Source: Asticcacaulis sp.
Lineage (GTDB): Bacteria; Pseudomonadota; Alphaproteobacteria; Caulobacterales; Caulobacteraceae
Assembly: GCF_051954415.1 (NCBI RefSeq)
Contig: NZ_JBQCHT010000010.1
Location: 2,100-66,099 of the forward strand
Direction of reading: 5' to 3'
Length of the DNA: 64,000 bases
The notes under the pieces: generated by a model
Databases searched by the model: none
Told to the model about the DNA's origin: nothing
Seen by the model: the letters and a program-made list of their open reading frames with translations, nothing else
Position numbers and translations under genes: made by a program
Shown: positions 1 through 11,243 of the stretch, piece by piece
Layout of the letters: every line of letters starts with the position of its first letter
Numbering within the stretch: position 1 is the stretch's first letter

Positions 1-990
1 GGTGCGCGGGTGGCCAGACTTTATACCGAGGGGCGGATCGGCGGCTATTTCGCTTACCAGGTTCGTGCCGGCGTTTTGCAGCCGCTCGGTGCACCGCTCA
101 GCGACTATCACACTCTGATTGCCGCGCCCGGTTTCACGCCGGACCTTAATCTGTTGCTCAAAGCCACCGGGGCGAAGCGTCTTGATTTCCAGGGCTGGGT
201 AGGGCCAATGGAGCCGGCCGCCCATACAGCCGTGCTGAACCGTCGCGCCGCCCTGACGCCTGAAGGCTTCGATGCCTGGTATGAACAGCAGGACCATGAG
301 CACCACAAGTTCTTCAAGAATGTCGGCCGTTGCGAGCGCAACATCGTCAAGGATTTCGGCGGTTTCGATTTCACCTGGGAGCGGGTGACGCCGGAGGTGA
401 TGGACTGGATCATCGATCTCAAGCGCGAGCAGTATAAAAAGACCGGCCTGCACGATATTTTCGATTGCGGCTGGACGCGCGACTTGCTGGCCAGCCTCGC
501 CAGTCTGCCGGATGAAGATTACGGTCTGCGCGCCGGCGTCTTCCGTCACGAAGGCAAGCTGGTGGCGGCCGAAATCAGCCTGGTGGATCGCACCAGTGTC
601 CATCTGTGGTTCCCAGCCTATGATCCGGCCTATTACCGCTATACAGTCGGGATTGTGCTGACCATGGCGATCATTCGGTATCTGTCGCCACTTGGCTATA
701 CCAGTTTTGATTTTGGTACGGGCGGCGAGGACTACAAGTCACCAATGACGGTTTCGGGGGGGGAATGCCTGGAAGGCAGTCTGCAATACGCGCCCGCACT
801 GGGCAGCCGGATGGTGGACGTGGCCGTGGCGCTGCTGCCGGCGCGTCCGAAGCTGGAGCAGGCGCGCTTATCCTTACGTCGTCGTGTCAATGTCATCCGC
901 TCCACCGAGGTTAGTCTCGGCGGTTGGAGCCGTGCCCTGATGGCGATGGGCCAGCGTGCCGTCATGCGCCTGAAGCCGGCAAAGACCTGA
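1..990 (+). CDS. CelD/BioF2-like GNAT-fold acyltransferase (FemAB-type), probably 5'-truncated by the window edge
   Basis: The frame is open to position 1. The translation (LSDYHTL...FFKNVGRCERN...HLWFPAYDPAYYRYTVG...FDFGTGGEDYK) resembles cellulose-biosynthesis CelD-like acetyltransferases. Confidence 0.55.
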   Translation, partial: GARVARLYTEGRIGGYFAYQVRAGVLQPLGAPLSDYHTLIAAPGFTPDLNLLLKATGAKRLDFQGWVGPMEPAAHTAVLNRRAALTPEGFDAWYEQQDHEHHKFFKNVGRCERNIVKDFGGFDFTWERVTPEVMDWIIDLKREQYKKTGLHDIFDCGWTRDLLASLASLPDEDYGLRAGVFRHEGKLVAAEISLVDRTSVHLWFPAYDPAYYRYTVGIVLTMAIIRYLSPLGYTSFDFGTGGEDYKSPMTVSGGECLEGSLQYAPALGSRMVDVAVALLPARPKLEQARLSLRRRVNVIRSTEVSLGGWSRALMAMGQRAVMRLKPAKT

Positions 991-1070
991 CCTGTTAGCG
1001 CTATCGGTTTCTGTTTACGCAACGCGCCGTTCGCCTTATGACGGAGAGGCGCAGAACAGGGATCAGGCAC

Positions 1071-2735
1071 ATGACGGACACTTCGCGGCGTGGCGTTTTC
1101 AAGACATTGGTTGGTGGTGCGGCCGCGGCGCCATTCGCCGCCGCTCAAGCGACAGCGGCCTCCTGTGAGATACAGGCCCCCAAATGGGGCAGGGGGATTG
1201 AAGGGCAGCGCAAGGCCGACCTCGGCAACGGCACCTATCTCAATCCGATCATTCCCGGCGACCATCCCGATCCGACCATCCTCAAGGACGGTTCGGACTA
1301 TTACATGACGTTCTCGTCGTTCTTTTCCTATCCGGGGATCGTCATCTGGCATTCGACGGACCTGGTGAACTGGGCACCGGTCGGGCCGGCCCTGCAAAAG
1401 CCGCTCGGTACGATCTGGGCGGTGGACCTGTGCAAGCACGATGGTCGTTATTTCGTCTATATCCCTGCTAATCCGGGCGACAAGGGCTGGTCAATCTTCG
1501 TGATCTGGGCCGATGACATTAAGGGGCCTTGGAGTGATCCGATCGACCTGAAGATCAGCGGCTGCATTGATCCGGGGCATGTCGTTGGAGAGGACGGCAA
1601 GCGCTACCTGTTCGTCAACGGCATCCGAAAAGTTCGCCTGAGCGACGACGGTCTGGCGACCGATGGTGAGGTCGAGCCGGCCTACAGTCCCTGGCGTTTT
1701 CCCGATGACTGGATCACTGAGAACTTCGCGCCAGAGGGGCCCAAGCTGTTGCATCATAACGGCTGGTTCTACCTGATCACGGCGGTCGGGGGCACGGCCG
1801 GGCCGGTGACCGGGCATATGGTCATCGCCGCGCGGTCGAAATCCATCCATGGCCCGTGGGAGGATTGCCCGCACAATCCGTTGGTACGCACCTTGAGCAC
1901 CGCCGAACCGTGGTGGTCGCGCGGCCATGCCTCGATCGTCGAAGGGCCGGCCAAAGAAAACGAAAAACCCGACTGGTGGATGGTCTATCATGGCTACGAG
2001 AACGGCTTCCGTACCCTGGGGCGTCAGCCCTTGCTGGAGCCGATCGAGTGGACGAAGGATGGTTGGTTCCGCGCACTCGGCGGTGATCTGTCGAAACCGA
2101 TAGCCAAGCCCAGGGGCGGCCCAAAAGATACTAAGCCGGGTCCGGCGGGTTTTGCGCTGTCGGATGATTTTTCACAGAATCGCTTTGGCACGCAGTGGAG
2201 TTTCCACGATCCCGCCGCCGACGAAATGTCGCGCGTACAATATGAAGACAAGGGGCTGCGCCTGGCGGGACGCGGATCGTCGCCGGCCGACAGCGCGCCG
2301 CTGACCTGTCCTGTGGGGGACCGGTCCTACCAGGCGGAGATCACACTTGATCTCGATGGCCAGGCCGAGGGTGGGCTGCTGCTCTTCTACAATCATAAGG
2401 CTTTCGTCGGCATCGGCTTCAAGCCGGCGGTGATGAAAACCTGGCAGTATGCCGAGGAACAGACCTGGCAGCGTACGCCGATGACGACCGACAGCGTGCG
2501 TGTGCGGGTAACCAATCACGAGAACGTCATCACCTGGCGCTATTCGCATGATGGCGGGAAGAACTGGACACGCCACCCGACACGCATGGAAGTCTCGGGC
2601 CTGAACCATAATGTCTTTGGCGGCTTTATCAGCCTGAAGGTCGGCATCTACAGTGTGGGCGAGGGGAGCGTCACCTTGCGCGACTTCTCTTACAGGGCGA
2701 TTCAGGCGGATAAATCCGCTTTCCTCGCAAAATAA
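1071..2735 (+). CDS. GH43 beta-xylosidase/alpha-L-arabinofuranosidase with a Tat-type signal and a C-terminal ConA-like domain
   Basis: MTDTSRRGVFKTLVGGAAAAPFAAAQA is a twin-arginine leader. NPIIPGDHPDPTILKDGSDYYM is the GH43 N-terminal motif. The ATG at 1071 is preferred to 1038. Confidence 0.85.
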   Translation: MTDTSRRGVFKTLVGGAAAAPFAAAQATAASCEIQAPKWGRGIEGQRKADLGNGTYLNPIIPGDHPDPTILKDGSDYYMTFSSFFSYPGIVIWHSTDLVNWAPVGPALQKPLGTIWAVDLCKHDGRYFVYIPANPGDKGWSIFVIWADDIKGPWSDPIDLKISGCIDPGHVVGEDGKRYLFVNGIRKVRLSDDGLATDGEVEPAYSPWRFPDDWITENFAPEGPKLLHHNGWFYLITAVGGTAGPVTGHMVIAARSKSIHGPWEDCPHNPLVRTLSTAEPWWSRGHASIVEGPAKENEKPDWWMVYHGYENGFRTLGRQPLLEPIEWTKDGWFRALGGDLSKPIAKPRGGPKDTKPGPAGFALSDDFSQNRFGTQWSFHDPAADEMSRVQYEDKGLRLAGRGSSPADSAPLTCPVGDRSYQAEITLDLDGQAEGGLLLFYNHKAFVGIGFKPAVMKTWQYAEEQTWQRTPMTTDSVRVRVTNHENVITWRYSHDGGKNWTRHPTRMEVSGLNHNVFGGFISLKVGIYSVGEGSVTLRDFSYRAIQADKSAFLAK

Positions 2736-2776
2736 TCCTCGCCGCTTATTTTTCTTCGCTTTGCGCCAATTGCCGC

Positions 2777-2805
2777 TTGACGAAAGCGAGTCGTTTCGGC
2801 ATAAG
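2777..2805 (+). promoter_or_regulatory. Putative sigma70-type promoter of the S10 operon (TTGACG-N17-CATAAG)
   Basis: A hexamer match was seen in the 317-nt leader. The -10 element is weak. Confidence 0.25.
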
Positions 2806-2918
2806 CGCCACTCTGTTAGATCGGCTGTGGCGTCTGAAGGATGCCAAACGCGGTCTGCAAGCATAAACCAACCCGGTCGGCGGCCCTTTCTAAAGGGAAT
2901 TGACCGGTTTGATCAACG

Positions 2919-2953
2919 GCCCGCGCGGGTAAAACCGCGAGGGCTTTGTTTTT
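2919..2953 (+). terminator. Intrinsic-terminator-like hairpin plus U-tract in the rpsJ leader (attenuator, or the GH43 terminator)
   Basis: GCCCGCGCGG-gtaaaa-CCGCGAGGGC forms 10 bp with 1 mismatch and is followed by TTTGTTTTT. Confidence 0.55.
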
Positions 2954-3052
2954 GCGGATATCGCGTTCGTGCTCACGTTTGTGGGGGCGAGTTGGTCTTT
3001 GAAATGGTTCACTGGACGCGTTAAACGCAAACCTTTTGGGAATACGAGCGAT

Positions 3053-3361
<309 letters not shown>

Positions 3362-3374
3362 GGGGCGCCCAGAG

Positions 3375-4109
3375 ATGACCAACCGTACAGGTTTGATCGC
3401 TAAAAAGCTCGGCATGACCCGCTTCTTCGATGAAGCCGGCGTCCATGTGCCGGTCACCGTTCTGTCGCTCGACGGCTGCCAGGTCGTGGCCCAGCGTACC
3501 AAGGACAAGGACGGCTATGTCGCCCTTCAGCTTGGTGCCGGTTCGCGCAAGGCCAAGAACGTTTCCAATCCCGAGCGTGTTCGTTTCGCCAAGGCTCAGG
3601 TTGAGCCCAAGGCCATCCTGACCGAGTTCCGCGTGTCGGAAGATGCTCTGATCGAAGTTGGTGCCGAGTTCACCGCCGATCACTTTGCTGTCGGCCAGAA
3701 GGTCGATATCCAGGGCACGACCATCGGTAAGGGTTTTGCCGGCGCCATGAAGCGCTGGAACTTCGGCGGTATGCGCGCCACCCACGGTGTGTCGGTCTCG
3801 CACCGCGCCCACGGTTCGACGGGTAACCGTCAGGATCCGGGTCGTACCTTCCCCGGCAAGAAGATGGCTGGTCACTATGGTGTCGAAACCGTGACCACGC
3901 TGAACCTGGAAGTGGCTCGCATCGATGCCGAGCGCGGCCTGGTCTTCATCAAGGGCGCCGTTCCGGGCGCTGAAGGCTCCTACGTCAAGATCCGCGACGC
4001 TGTGAAGAAGGCTGCTCCGCAAGGTCTGCCGTTCCCTGGCGCGATTAAGACGGCCAACGCGGCTCCGGCCGCTGCTGAGGAAGCGCCTGCGCAAGAAGGG
4101 GCTGAATAA
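3375..4109 (+). CDS. rplC: 50S ribosomal protein L3
   Basis: The translation is [18 protein letters not shown], and the operon order fits. It has an Ala-rich C-terminal tail. Confidence 0.97.
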   Translation: MTNRTGLIAKKLGMTRFFDEAGVHVPVTVLSLDGCQVVAQRTKDKDGYVALQLGAGSRKAKNVSNPERVRFAKAQVEPKAILTEFRVSEDALIEVGAEFTADHFAVGQKVDIQGTTIGKGFAGAMKRWNFGGMRATHGVSVSHRAHGSTGNRQDPGRTFPGKKMAGHYGVETVTTLNLEVARIDAERGLVFIKGAVPGAEGSYVKIRDAVKKAAPQGLPFPGAIKTANAAPAAAEEAPAQEGAE

Positions 4110-4111
4110 TC

Positions 4112-4744
4112 ATGAAACTCGACGTTATCAAGCTTGACGCCTCCAAGGCTGGCTCGGTGGATGTCTCCGATCTCGTGTTCGGGATCGAGGAAATCCGTTC
4201 GGACATCCTGTCGCGCGTCGTCAACTGGCAGTTGGCCAAGCGCCGCGCCGGTACGCACAAGGTGCAGACCCGCAACGAGAATTCTCGCACGGGTAAGAAG
4301 ATGTACAAGCAAAAGGGCTCCGGCGGCGCTCGTCACGGTTCGCGCCGTGCCCCGCAATTCGTCGGCGGTTCGCGCGCCTTCGGTCCGGTTGTTCGCTCCC
4401 ATGCGTTCGACCTGCCCAAGAAGGTCCGTGCCCTTGGCCTGCGTCACGCTCTGTCGTCCAAGATCAAGTCCGGCTCGCTGATCGTTCTCGATCAGGCTGT
4501 GGTCGAATCCCCGAAGACGCAATCGCTTCTGGCTTCCTTCGAGAAGCTGGGCCTGAAGAACGCCCTGTTCATCACCGGTCCGGAAGTCGATGCCAACTTC
4601 GCCCTCGCTTCGCGCAACATCCCGAACATCGACGTGCTGCCGTCGGCCGGCCTGAATGTCTACGACATCCTGCGCCGCCATACGCTGGTCCTGACGAAGT
4701 CCGCGGTTGAAGCCATCGAAGCCCGCTTCGCTGTGGAGGCCTAA
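4112..4744 (+). CDS. rplD: 50S ribosomal protein L4
   Basis: The operon position fits, and the motif [12 protein letters not shown] is present. Confidence 0.97.
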   Translation: MKLDVIKLDASKAGSVDVSDLVFGIEEIRSDILSRVVNWQLAKRRAGTHKVQTRNENSRTGKKMYKQKGSGGARHGSRRAPQFVGGSRAFGPVVRSHAFDLPKKVRALGLRHALSSKIKSGSLIVLDQAVVESPKTQSLLASFEKLGLKNALFITGPEVDANFALASRNIPNIDVLPSAGLNVYDILRRHTLVLTKSAVEAIEARFAVEA

Positions 4745-4749
4745 GAGTT

Positions 4750-5046
4750 ATGGCTGCTACCATTCGTAATTTCGACGTTCTTCTGTCGCCGCACATCACC
4801 GAAAAGGCCACCCTGCTTTCCGAGCAGAATAAGGTCGTTTTCAAGATCGCGCTTGATGCCAGCAAGGACGAAGTCGCTTCCGCCGTTGAAGCCATCTACA
4901 ACGTCAAGGTCACCAAGGTGAACACCATTGTCACCAAGGGCAAGACCAAGCGTTTCAAGGGCATCAAGGGCCGTCGCAACGACATCAAAAAAGCCATCGT
5001 GACCCTGGCCGAAGGCCAGACGATCGACATCACAACCGGTCTGTAA
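4750..5046 (+). CDS. rplW: 50S ribosomal protein L23
   Basis: The operon position fits, and the motif PHITEKAT is present. Confidence 0.96.
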   Translation: MAATIRNFDVLLSPHITEKATLLSEQNKVVFKIALDASKDEVASAVEAIYNVKVTKVNTIVTKGKTKRFKGIKGRRNDIKKAIVTLAEGQTIDITTGL

Positions 5047-5062
5047 GGGAAGGGCACAGAAA

Positions 5063-5899
5063 ATGGCTTTGAAGCAATTTAATCCGACTTCGCCCGGCCG
5101 TCGCAGCCTGGTACTGGTCGACAAGTCCGAGCTCTACAAGGGCAAGCCGCAAAAGGCTCTGACCGAAGGTCTGACCAAGTCGGGCGGTCGCGGTGCGCAA
5201 GGTCGCGTCGCTGTCCGTTTCCGTGGCGGCGGCGCCAAGCGCCTGTATCGCATCGTCGATTTCAAGCGTCGCAAGTTCGACGTGCCGGCGACGGTCGATC
5301 ACCTGGAATACGATCCGAACCGTACCGCGTTCATCGCGCTGATCACCTATGCCGACGGCGAAAAGGCCTACATCCTGGCCCCGCAACGCCTGAAGGCCGG
5401 TGATACGGTCATCGCGTCCGAAAAGGTCGATGTGAAGCCGGGCAATGCCGCCCCGCTGCGCAGCCTGCCGATCGGCACGATCATCCACAACGTGGAACTG
5501 AAGCCCCTGAAGGGCGGCCAACTGGCTCGCTCCGCCGGCGCCTATGCCCAACTCGTCGGCCGTGATGCCGGCTACGCCCAGATCCGTCTGGGTTCGGGCG
5601 AACTGCGCATGGTGCTCGATAGCTGCATGGCCACGGTCGGTGCGGTGTCGAACCAGGACCACATGAACCAAAGCCTCGGCAAAGCCGGCCGCACCCGTCA
5701 CATGGGCTTCCGTCCGCATGTTCGCGGTGTGGCCATGAACCCGGTCGACCACCCGCACGGTGGTGGTGAAGGCAAGACCTCCGGTGGCCGTAACCCTGTG
5801 ACCCCGTGGGGCGTTCCCACCAAGGGCCGCAAGACTCGTACCAACAAGGCGACGGACAAGTACATCATCCGTTCGCGTCACGTTAAGAAGGCTCGCTAA
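5063..5899 (+). CDS. rplB: 50S ribosomal protein L2
   Basis: The motifs [14 protein letters not shown] and FNPTSPGRR are present. Confidence 0.98.
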   Translation: MALKQFNPTSPGRRSLVLVDKSELYKGKPQKALTEGLTKSGGRGAQGRVAVRFRGGGAKRLYRIVDFKRRKFDVPATVDHLEYDPNRTAFIALITYADGEKAYILAPQRLKAGDTVIASEKVDVKPGNAAPLRSLPIGTIIHNVELKPLKGGQLARSAGAYAQLVGRDAGYAQIRLGSGELRMVLDSCMATVGAVSNQDHMNQSLGKAGRTRHMGFRPHVRGVAMNPVDHPHGGGEGKTSGGRNPVTPWGVPTKGRKTRTNKATDKYIIRSRHVKKAR

Positions 5900-5901
5900 T
5901 T

Positions 5902-6180
5902 ATGGCACGCTCCGTATGGAAAGGCCCCTTCGTCGACGGCCACCTTCTCAAGAAGGCGGAAGCTGCGGTGAGCAGCGGTCGTAAAGAGGTCATCAAGACC
6001 TGGTCGCGTCGTTCGACCATCATGCCGCAATTCGTGGGTATCACGTTCGGCGTTTATAACGGTCAGAAGCACGTTCCCGTGCTCGTGTCGGAAGACATGG
6101 TCGGCATGAAGTTCGGCGAGTTCTCGCCCACGCGCAACTTCCCCGGCCACGCCGCCGACAAGAAGGCGAAGAAGAGGTAA
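5902..6180 (+). CDS. rpsS: 30S ribosomal protein S19
   Basis: The motifs [12 protein letters not shown] and [10 protein letters not shown] are present. Confidence 0.98.
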   Translation: MARSVWKGPFVDGHLLKKAEAAVSSGRKEVIKTWSRRSTIMPQFVGITFGVYNGQKHVPVLVSEDMVGMKFGEFSPTRNFPGHAADKKAKKR

Positions 6181-6183
6181 GTT

Positions 6184-6576
6184 ATGTCCCAGACAAAGAA
6201 TCCTCGTCGCGTCAACGCCAATGAAGCCCGCGTGAAGCTGGTGTCGGTCCGGATCAGCCCGCAAAAGCTGAACCTGGTCGCCGCCTCGATCCGCGGCCTC
6301 AAGGTGCAGCGCGCGCTCAACGAGCTGGAATTTTCGCGCAAGCGCATCGCTAAGGACGTCCGCAAGGCGCTCTATTCGGCGATCTCGAACGCGGAAAACA
6401 ACCACAACCTCGACATCGACAACCTGATCGTTGCCGAATCCTATGTCGGCAAGGGCATTGTCATGAAGCGCTTCGCTTCGCGTGCCCGTGGCCGTTCGTC
6501 GCGCATCATGAAGCCGTTCTCGGAACTGACCATCGTGGTCCGTGAACTCGGCGCCGAATCTCAAGAGGCTGCATAA
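6184..6576 (+). CDS. rplV: 50S ribosomal protein L22
   Basis: The operon position fits. The sequence has [12 protein letters not shown]...GRSSRIMKP. Confidence 0.96.
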   Translation: MSQTKNPRRVNANEARVKLVSVRISPQKLNLVAASIRGLKVQRALNELEFSRKRIAKDVRKALYSAISNAENNHNLDIDNLIVAESYVGKGIVMKRFASRARGRSSRIMKPFSELTIVVRELGAESQEAA

Positions 6577-7331
6577 TGGGTCAGAAAGCTAATCCGATCG
6601 GCTTGCGCCTCGGCGTCAACCGCACCTGGGACTCGCGCTGGTTCGCCGCGCGCCAGGAATACGCCAAGCTCCTTCACCAGGACCTGAAGATCCGTAAGGT
6701 TCTGAAGGAAAAGCTGAATGCCGCCGGCGTGTCGCGCATCATCATCGAGCGCCCGCACAAGAAGTGCCGCATCACCATCTACGCCGCCCGTCCGGGCGTC
6801 GTGATTGGCAAGAAGGGCCAGGACATCGACAAGCTGCGCAAGGACGTTTCCGTCCTGACCGAAGGCGAAGTCTTCCTGAACCTGGTCGAAGTCCGCAAGC
6901 CGGAAGTTGATGCGCAACTGGTTGCTGAGTCCATCGCCCAGCAGCTCGAGCGCCGCGTGGCCTTCCGTCGCGCCATGAAGCGTTCGATCCAGTCCGCCAT
7001 GCGCCTCGGCGCCAAGGGCATCCGCATGAACCTGTCGGGTCGTCTCGGCGGTGCGGAAATCGCCCGTATGGAATGGTATCGTGAAGGCCGCGTGCCTTTG
7101 CACACCCTGCGTGCCGACATCGATATGGGCTTTGCCGAAGCCCTGACCACCTACGGTATCATTGGTATAAAGGTGTGGATCTTCAAGGGCGAAGTTCTTG
7201 AGCATGATCCGATGGCCCAGGACAAGCGTTGGGCGAACGAGGCTTCCGGCCCGTCGTCGAGCGAGCGTCCCGAGCGTGGCGAACGTCCCAACCGCGGCCC
7301 GCGCCGCGATCGCAACAATAAGGAGGCGTAA
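6576..7331 (+). CDS. rpsC: 30S ribosomal protein S3
   Basis: The translation starts [13 protein letters not shown]. The start overlaps the rplV stop (TAATG). It has a basic C-terminal extension. Confidence 0.97.
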   Translation: MGQKANPIGLRLGVNRTWDSRWFAARQEYAKLLHQDLKIRKVLKEKLNAAGVSRIIIERPHKKCRITIYAARPGVVIGKKGQDIDKLRKDVSVLTEGEVFLNLVEVRKPEVDAQLVAESIAQQLERRVAFRRAMKRSIQSAMRLGAKGIRMNLSGRLGGAEIARMEWYREGRVPLHTLRADIDMGFAEALTTYGIIGIKVWIFKGEVLEHDPMAQDKRWANEASGPSSSERPERGERPNRGPRRDRNNKEA

Positions 7332-7339
7332 CTCCCATG

Positions 7340-7771
7340 ATGCTTCCCAAGCGTACAAAGTACCGTAAGGCCTTCAAGGGCCGTATCCACGGTAACGCCA
7401 AGGGTGGTTATACCCTGAACTTCGGTTCGTATGGTCTGAAGACCGTTGAGCCGGAGCGTCTGACCGCCCGCCAGATCGAAGCCGCCCGCCGGGCCATCAC
7501 GCGTCAGATGAAGCGTCAGGGCCGCGTGTGGATCCGCATCTTCCCCGACCTTCCGGTCACCGGCAAGCCTGCCGAAGTCCGTATGGGTAAGGGCAAGGGC
7601 GCTGTCGACCATTGGGCCGCCCGCGTGGCTCCTGGCCGCATCCTGTTTGAAATCGACGGCGTGCCGGACGACATCGCGCGTGAAGCGCTCCGTCTCGGCG
7701 CTGCCAAGCTGCCCGTATCCACCCGCGTCGTTACCCGTATCGACGCCGGCGTGGCCATGGCCGCGGAGTAG
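7340..7771 (+). CDS. rplP: 50S ribosomal protein L16
   Basis: The translation starts [10 protein letters not shown]. The second of two adjacent ATGs is chosen by comparison with typical L16 N-termini; 7337 is the alternative. Confidence 0.95.
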   Translation: MLPKRTKYRKAFKGRIHGNAKGGYTLNFGSYGLKTVEPERLTARQIEAARRAITRQMKRQGRVWIRIFPDLPVTGKPAEVRMGKGKGAVDHWAARVAPGRILFEIDGVPDDIAREALRLGAAKLPVSTRVVTRIDAGVAMAAE

Positions 7772-7776
7772 GACCT

Positions 7777-7983
7777 ATGACCAAGATTGCCGATCTGCGG
7801 ACCAAGACCGCCGACCAACTGCAGGAGCAGCTCCTGGACCTGAAGAAAGAGCAGTTCAACCTGCGCTTCCAGAAGGCCACGGGCCAGTTCGAGAAGACTC
7901 ACCGCGTCAGCGAAATCCGCAAGGACATCGCCCGCATCAAGACCCTGCTGACGGCCCAGAAGGCCGGCGGCAAAGTCGCCTAA
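7777..7983 (+). CDS. rpmC: 50S ribosomal protein L29
   Basis: The operon position fits. The sequence has [26 protein letters not shown]. Confidence 0.96.
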   Translation: MTKIADLRTKTADQLQEQLLDLKKEQFNLRFQKATGQFEKTHRVSEIRKDIARIKTLLTAQKAGGKVA

Positions 7984-7996
7984 AGGAAAGAAGACC

Positions 7997-8236
7997 ATGC
8001 CCAAGCGCATTCTTGAAGGTCTGGTTGTCTCCGATAAGGGCGACAAGACCGTGGTTGTGAAGGTGGAACGTACGGTTCTGCACCCCGTCCTGAAAAAGAC
8101 GGTGCGTGTGTCCAAGCGTTATCATGCTCACGACGAAGCTAATGATTTCAAGGCCGGCGAAAAGATTCGTATTATCGAATGTGCGCCCAAGTCGAAGCTG
8201 AAAACGTGGGAAGTTCTCCCGCGCGAAGCCAACTAA
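7997..8236 (+). CDS. rpsQ: 30S ribosomal protein S17
   Basis: The sequence has [21 protein letters not shown]. Confidence 0.96.
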   Translation: MPKRILEGLVVSDKGDKTVVVKVERTVLHPVLKKTVRVSKRYHAHDEANDFKAGEKIRIIECAPKSKLKTWEVLPREAN

Positions 8237-8253
8237 CTAGGAAAGTTTGAACC

Positions 8254-8622
8254 ATGATTCAGATGCAAACTAACCTGGAAGTGGCCGATAATTCCGGCGC
8301 ACGTCGGGTCATGTGCATCAAGGTGCTGGGCGGCTCGAAGCGCCGCTACGCCTCGGTGGGTGACCTGATCGTCGTCTCGGTGAAGGAAGCCATTCCTCGC
8401 GGCCGCGTCAAGAAGGGCGACGTTCTGCGCGCCATCGTCGTTCGCACTTCGAAGGACATCCAGCGCAAGGACGGTTCGGTGATCCGTTTCGACACCAACG
8501 CCGCCGTCATCGTCAACAAGTCGAGCGAGCCGATCGGCACGCGTATCTTCGGGCCTGTGCCGCGTGAACTGCGCGCCAAGAACCACATGAAGATCATCTC
8601 GCTGGCTCCGGAGGTTATTTAA
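8254..8622 (+). CDS. rplN: 50S ribosomal protein L14
   Basis: The sequence has [17 protein letters not shown]. Confidence 0.98.
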   Translation: MIQMQTNLEVADNSGARRVMCIKVLGGSKRRYASVGDLIVVSVKEAIPRGRVKKGDVLRAIVVRTSKDIQRKDGSVIRFDTNAAVIVNKSSEPIGTRIFGPVPRELRAKNHMKIISLAPEVI

Positions 8623-8624
8623 CT

Positions 8625-8948
8625 ATGGCTGCCAAGATCAAGAAGGGCGACAGCGTCGTCGTCCTGACCGGCAAGGACAAGGGCCGCAAGGGCACCGTCG
8701 CCAAGGTCGTGACCAGGGATGGCCAGGCCGAGCGCGTTGTCGTCTCGGGCCTGAACATGGTCCAGCGCCACACCCGTCCGTCGCAGGGCAACCCGCAAGG
8801 CGGCATCATCAACAAGGAAGCGTCGATTCACGTTTCCAACGTGTCCCACGTTGACTCGAACGGCAAGCCGACCCGCGTCGGTTTCAAGATCGAGGGCGAC
8901 AAGAAGGTCCGCGTTGCCAAGACGACGGGAGAAGTCATCAATGGCTAA
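8625..8948 (+). CDS. rplX: 50S ribosomal protein L24
   Basis: The sequence has [17 protein letters not shown]. Confidence 0.96.
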   Translation: MAAKIKKGDSVVVLTGKDKGRKGTVAKVVTRDGQAERVVVSGLNMVQRHTRPSQGNPQGGIINKEASIHVSNVSHVDSNGKPTRVGFKIEGDKKVRVAKTTGEVING

Positions 8949-9501
8949 TGCTGAAAAGTACGTGCCGCGCGCCAAGAAGGTCTACCTGGAAAGCATCCGG
9001 GACGCCCTGAAGGCCGAGTTCGGCTATACCAACGAAATGCAGGTTCCCAAGCTCGACAAGATCGTCGTAAACATGGGTATCGGTGAAGCGACCGCCGACT
9101 CCAAGAAGGTGAAGAGCGCCATCAAGGATCTGGAAGCGATCACCGGCCAGAAGGCCGCCGAGACGCGCGCCCGCAAGTCCATCGCCGGCTTCAAGCTGCG
9201 TGAAGGCATGGTGGTCGGCGCCAAGGTGACCCTGCGCAAGGATCGTATGTACGAATTCCTCGACCGCCTGATCACCATCGCCCTGCCGCGCGTGAAGGAC
9301 TTCCGTGGTCTGAACGGCAACAGCTTCGACGGTCGTGGCAACTACGCCATGGGCCTGAAGGAACACATCGTGTTCCCGGAGATCAACTATGACCAGATCG
9401 ATCAGATGTGGGGCATGGATATCGTTGTCTGCACTACGGCGCCGACCGACAAGGAAGCCAAGGCGCTTCTGAAGCACTTCCAATTCCCGTTCACGTCCTG
9501 A
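8941..9501 (+). CDS. rplE: 50S ribosomal protein L5
   Basis: An internal ATG at 8941 ([10 protein letters not shown]...) overlaps the rplX stop by 8 nt. The upstream part of the tracked ORF lies out of context. Confidence 0.96.
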   Translation: MANAEKYVPRAKKVYLESIRDALKAEFGYTNEMQVPKLDKIVVNMGIGEATADSKKVKSAIKDLEAITGQKAAETRARKSIAGFKLREGMVVGAKVTLRKDRMYEFLDRLITIALPRVKDFRGLNGNSFDGRGNYAMGLKEHIVFPEINYDQIDQMWGMDIVVCTTAPTDKEAKALLKHFQFPFTS

Positions 9502-9519
9502 GGCGGGTAGAGAGATAAC

Positions 9520-9825
9520 ATGGCAAAGAAAAGCGCTGTAAACCGCAACGAGATGGTCAAGAAGCTGGTGGCTCAATATGCCGCCAAGCGCGAAGCCCTC
9601 AAGGCGACCGCCAACGATGAAAGCCTGCCCCTGGAAGAGCGCTTCGCTGCGCGTCTTGCCCTGGCCAAGCTGCCCCGTAACTCGAACGCGACCCGCATTC
9701 GCAACCGCTGCGAAGTCACCGGCCGTCCGCGTGCCTACTATCGCAAGCTCCACATGAGCCGGATCGCGCTCCGCAAGCTGGCCAATGAAGGCCAGATTCC
9801 GGGCATGACCAAGGCTAGCTGGTAA
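9520..9825 (+). CDS. rpsN: 30S ribosomal protein S14 (long, non-zinc type)
   Basis: The sequence has [11 protein letters not shown]...RNRC..TGRPR..YRKL..SRI..R and is 101 aa long. Confidence 0.96.
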   Translation: MAKKSAVNRNEMVKKLVAQYAAKREALKATANDESLPLEERFAARLALAKLPRNSNATRIRNRCEVTGRPRAYYRKLHMSRIALRKLANEGQIPGMTKASW

Positions 9826-9840
9826 GGGAGGACCAAGAAT

Positions 9841-10239
9841 ATGTTCGTTAATGATCCTCTGAGCGATATGATCGCCCGCATCAAGAACGCCGCCATGCGC
9901 AAGCGTTCCAAGGTGCTCACCCCGGCTTCCAAGCTGCGTGCCCATGTACTCGACGTCCTGAAGGACGAAGGCTACATCCGCGGCTACGAAGTTGTGGAAA
10001 CACCGGGTGAATTCCCGCAGTTCGAAATCGAGCTGAAGTATTTCGACGGCGCGCCGGTCATCGCGGAAATCTCCCGCGTGTCCAAGCCGGGCCGTCGTGT
10101 CTATTCGTCGATCAAGGACCTGAAGCCGGTAAAGAACGGCCTGGGTATCTCGATCCTGTCGACGCCGAAGGGCGTCATGTCTGACAACAACGCCCGCGAA
10201 AACAACGTGGGTGGTGAAGTTCTCTGCCGCGTCTACTAA
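9841..10239 (+). CDS. rpsH: 30S ribosomal protein S8
   Basis: The sequence has [14 protein letters not shown]. Confidence 0.97.
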   Translation: MFVNDPLSDMIARIKNAAMRKRSKVLTPASKLRAHVLDVLKDEGYIRGYEVVETPGEFPQFEIELKYFDGAPVIAEISRVSKPGRRVYSSIKDLKPVKNGLGISILSTPKGVMSDNNARENNVGGEVLCRVY

Positions 10240-10253
10240 GCCAAAGCCTTTTA

Positions 10254-10275
10254 GAAAAAGTGTCCGCACTTTTTC
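10254..10275 (+). other. AU-rich hairpin in the 102-nt rpsH-rplF spacer
   Basis: GAAAAAGTG-tccg-CACTTTTTC forms a 9-bp perfect stem. Confidence 0.5.
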
Positions 10276-10341
10276 GTTTAAAAAGGCGTCTTGAATTAGA
10301 AAACACGGCCGAGGACACTTAAGGCATCAGAAGGTTTTAAA

Positions 10342-10875
10342 ATGTCCCGGATTGGTAAAAAAGCCATCACAGTCCCGGCCGGTGTGACCATCACACTGAA
10401 CGGGCAAGACATTTCGGTGAAGGGCCCCAAGGGCGTCCAGAGCTGGACTGTTGTAGAAGAGATCGAAGTCAAGCAGGAAGGCGCCAGTCTCTCCGTCGCG
10501 CCGCGCGGTGAAACTGCCCGTCACAAGGCGATGTGGGGCCTGTCCCGCACGCTGATCGCCAATATGGTGAAGGGCGTGACCGAAGGCTTCGAGCAAACGC
10601 TTGAAATGGTCGGCGTCGGTTACCGCGCTGCCATGCAAGGCCAGAAGCTGGAGCTGTCGCTCGGTTTCTCGCACCCGGTCGTCATCGATCCGCCCGCCGG
10701 CATCACCTTTTCGGTGCCGAAGCAGACGGAAGTGAAGATTGCCGGCATCGACAAGCAACTGGTCGGTGAACTGGCTGCCAAGATCCGCAAGATTCGTCCC
10801 CCTGAGCCTTATAAGGGCAAGGGCGTCAAATATGCCGGCGAAACCGTTCGCCGCAAGGAAGGCAAGAAGAAGTAA
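10342..10875 (+). CDS. rplF: 50S ribosomal protein L6
   Basis: The sequence has [15 protein letters not shown]. Confidence 0.97.
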   Translation: MSRIGKKAITVPAGVTITLNGQDISVKGPKGVQSWTVVEEIEVKQEGASLSVAPRGETARHKAMWGLSRTLIANMVKGVTEGFEQTLEMVGVGYRAAMQGQKLELSLGFSHPVVIDPPAGITFSVPKQTEVKIAGIDKQLVGELAAKIRKIRPPEPYKGKGVKYAGETVRRKEGKKK

Positions 10876-10878
10876 GTC

Positions 10879-11232
10879 ATGGCTCTGTCTCCTCGTGAAC
10901 AATTGGCTCGTCGCGCGCAACGCAATCGCACGCGCCTGAAGTCGCTCTCCAACGGTCGCCCGCGTCTGTCGGTCTTCCGTTCGGACAAAAACATCTACGC
11001 CCAGGTCATTGACGACCAGAGCGGCGTGACCATCGTGGCTGCGTCGTCGCTGGAAGGCGGCAAGAAGCAGGGCTCGAATGCTGCCGCCGCTTCGGAAGTC
11101 GGCAAGCTGGTCGCACAACGCGCAATCGAAAAGGGCGTCAAGGACGTCGTCTTCGATCGCGGTGGCTACATCTATCACGGTCGGGTGAAGGCGCTGGCGG
11201 AAGCCGCGCGTGAAGCCGGTCTTAACTTCTAA
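10879..11232 (+). CDS. rplR: 50S ribosomal protein L18
   Basis: The sequence has [20 protein letters not shown]. Confidence 0.97.
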   Translation: MALSPREQLARRAQRNRTRLKSLSNGRPRLSVFRSDKNIYAQVIDDQSGVTIVAASSLEGGKKQGSNAAAASEVGKLVAQRAIEKGVKDVVFDRGGYIYHGRVKALAEAAREAGLNF

Positions 11233-11243
11233 GGGAATCGTTC

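Noticed and set aside
8938-10269. A 443-aa ORF on the minus strand across rplE-rpsN-rpsH. Similar long antisense ORFs occur throughout the ribosomal cluster (for example 5030-5881, 5896-6564, 6561-7358 and 10327-11178).
   Set aside because: These lie antisense to unmistakable, highly conserved ribosomal genes. Their Arg/Ala/Gly-rich translations are low-complexity and typical of shadow ORFs in GC-rich DNA. They have no SD and no recognisable motifs.
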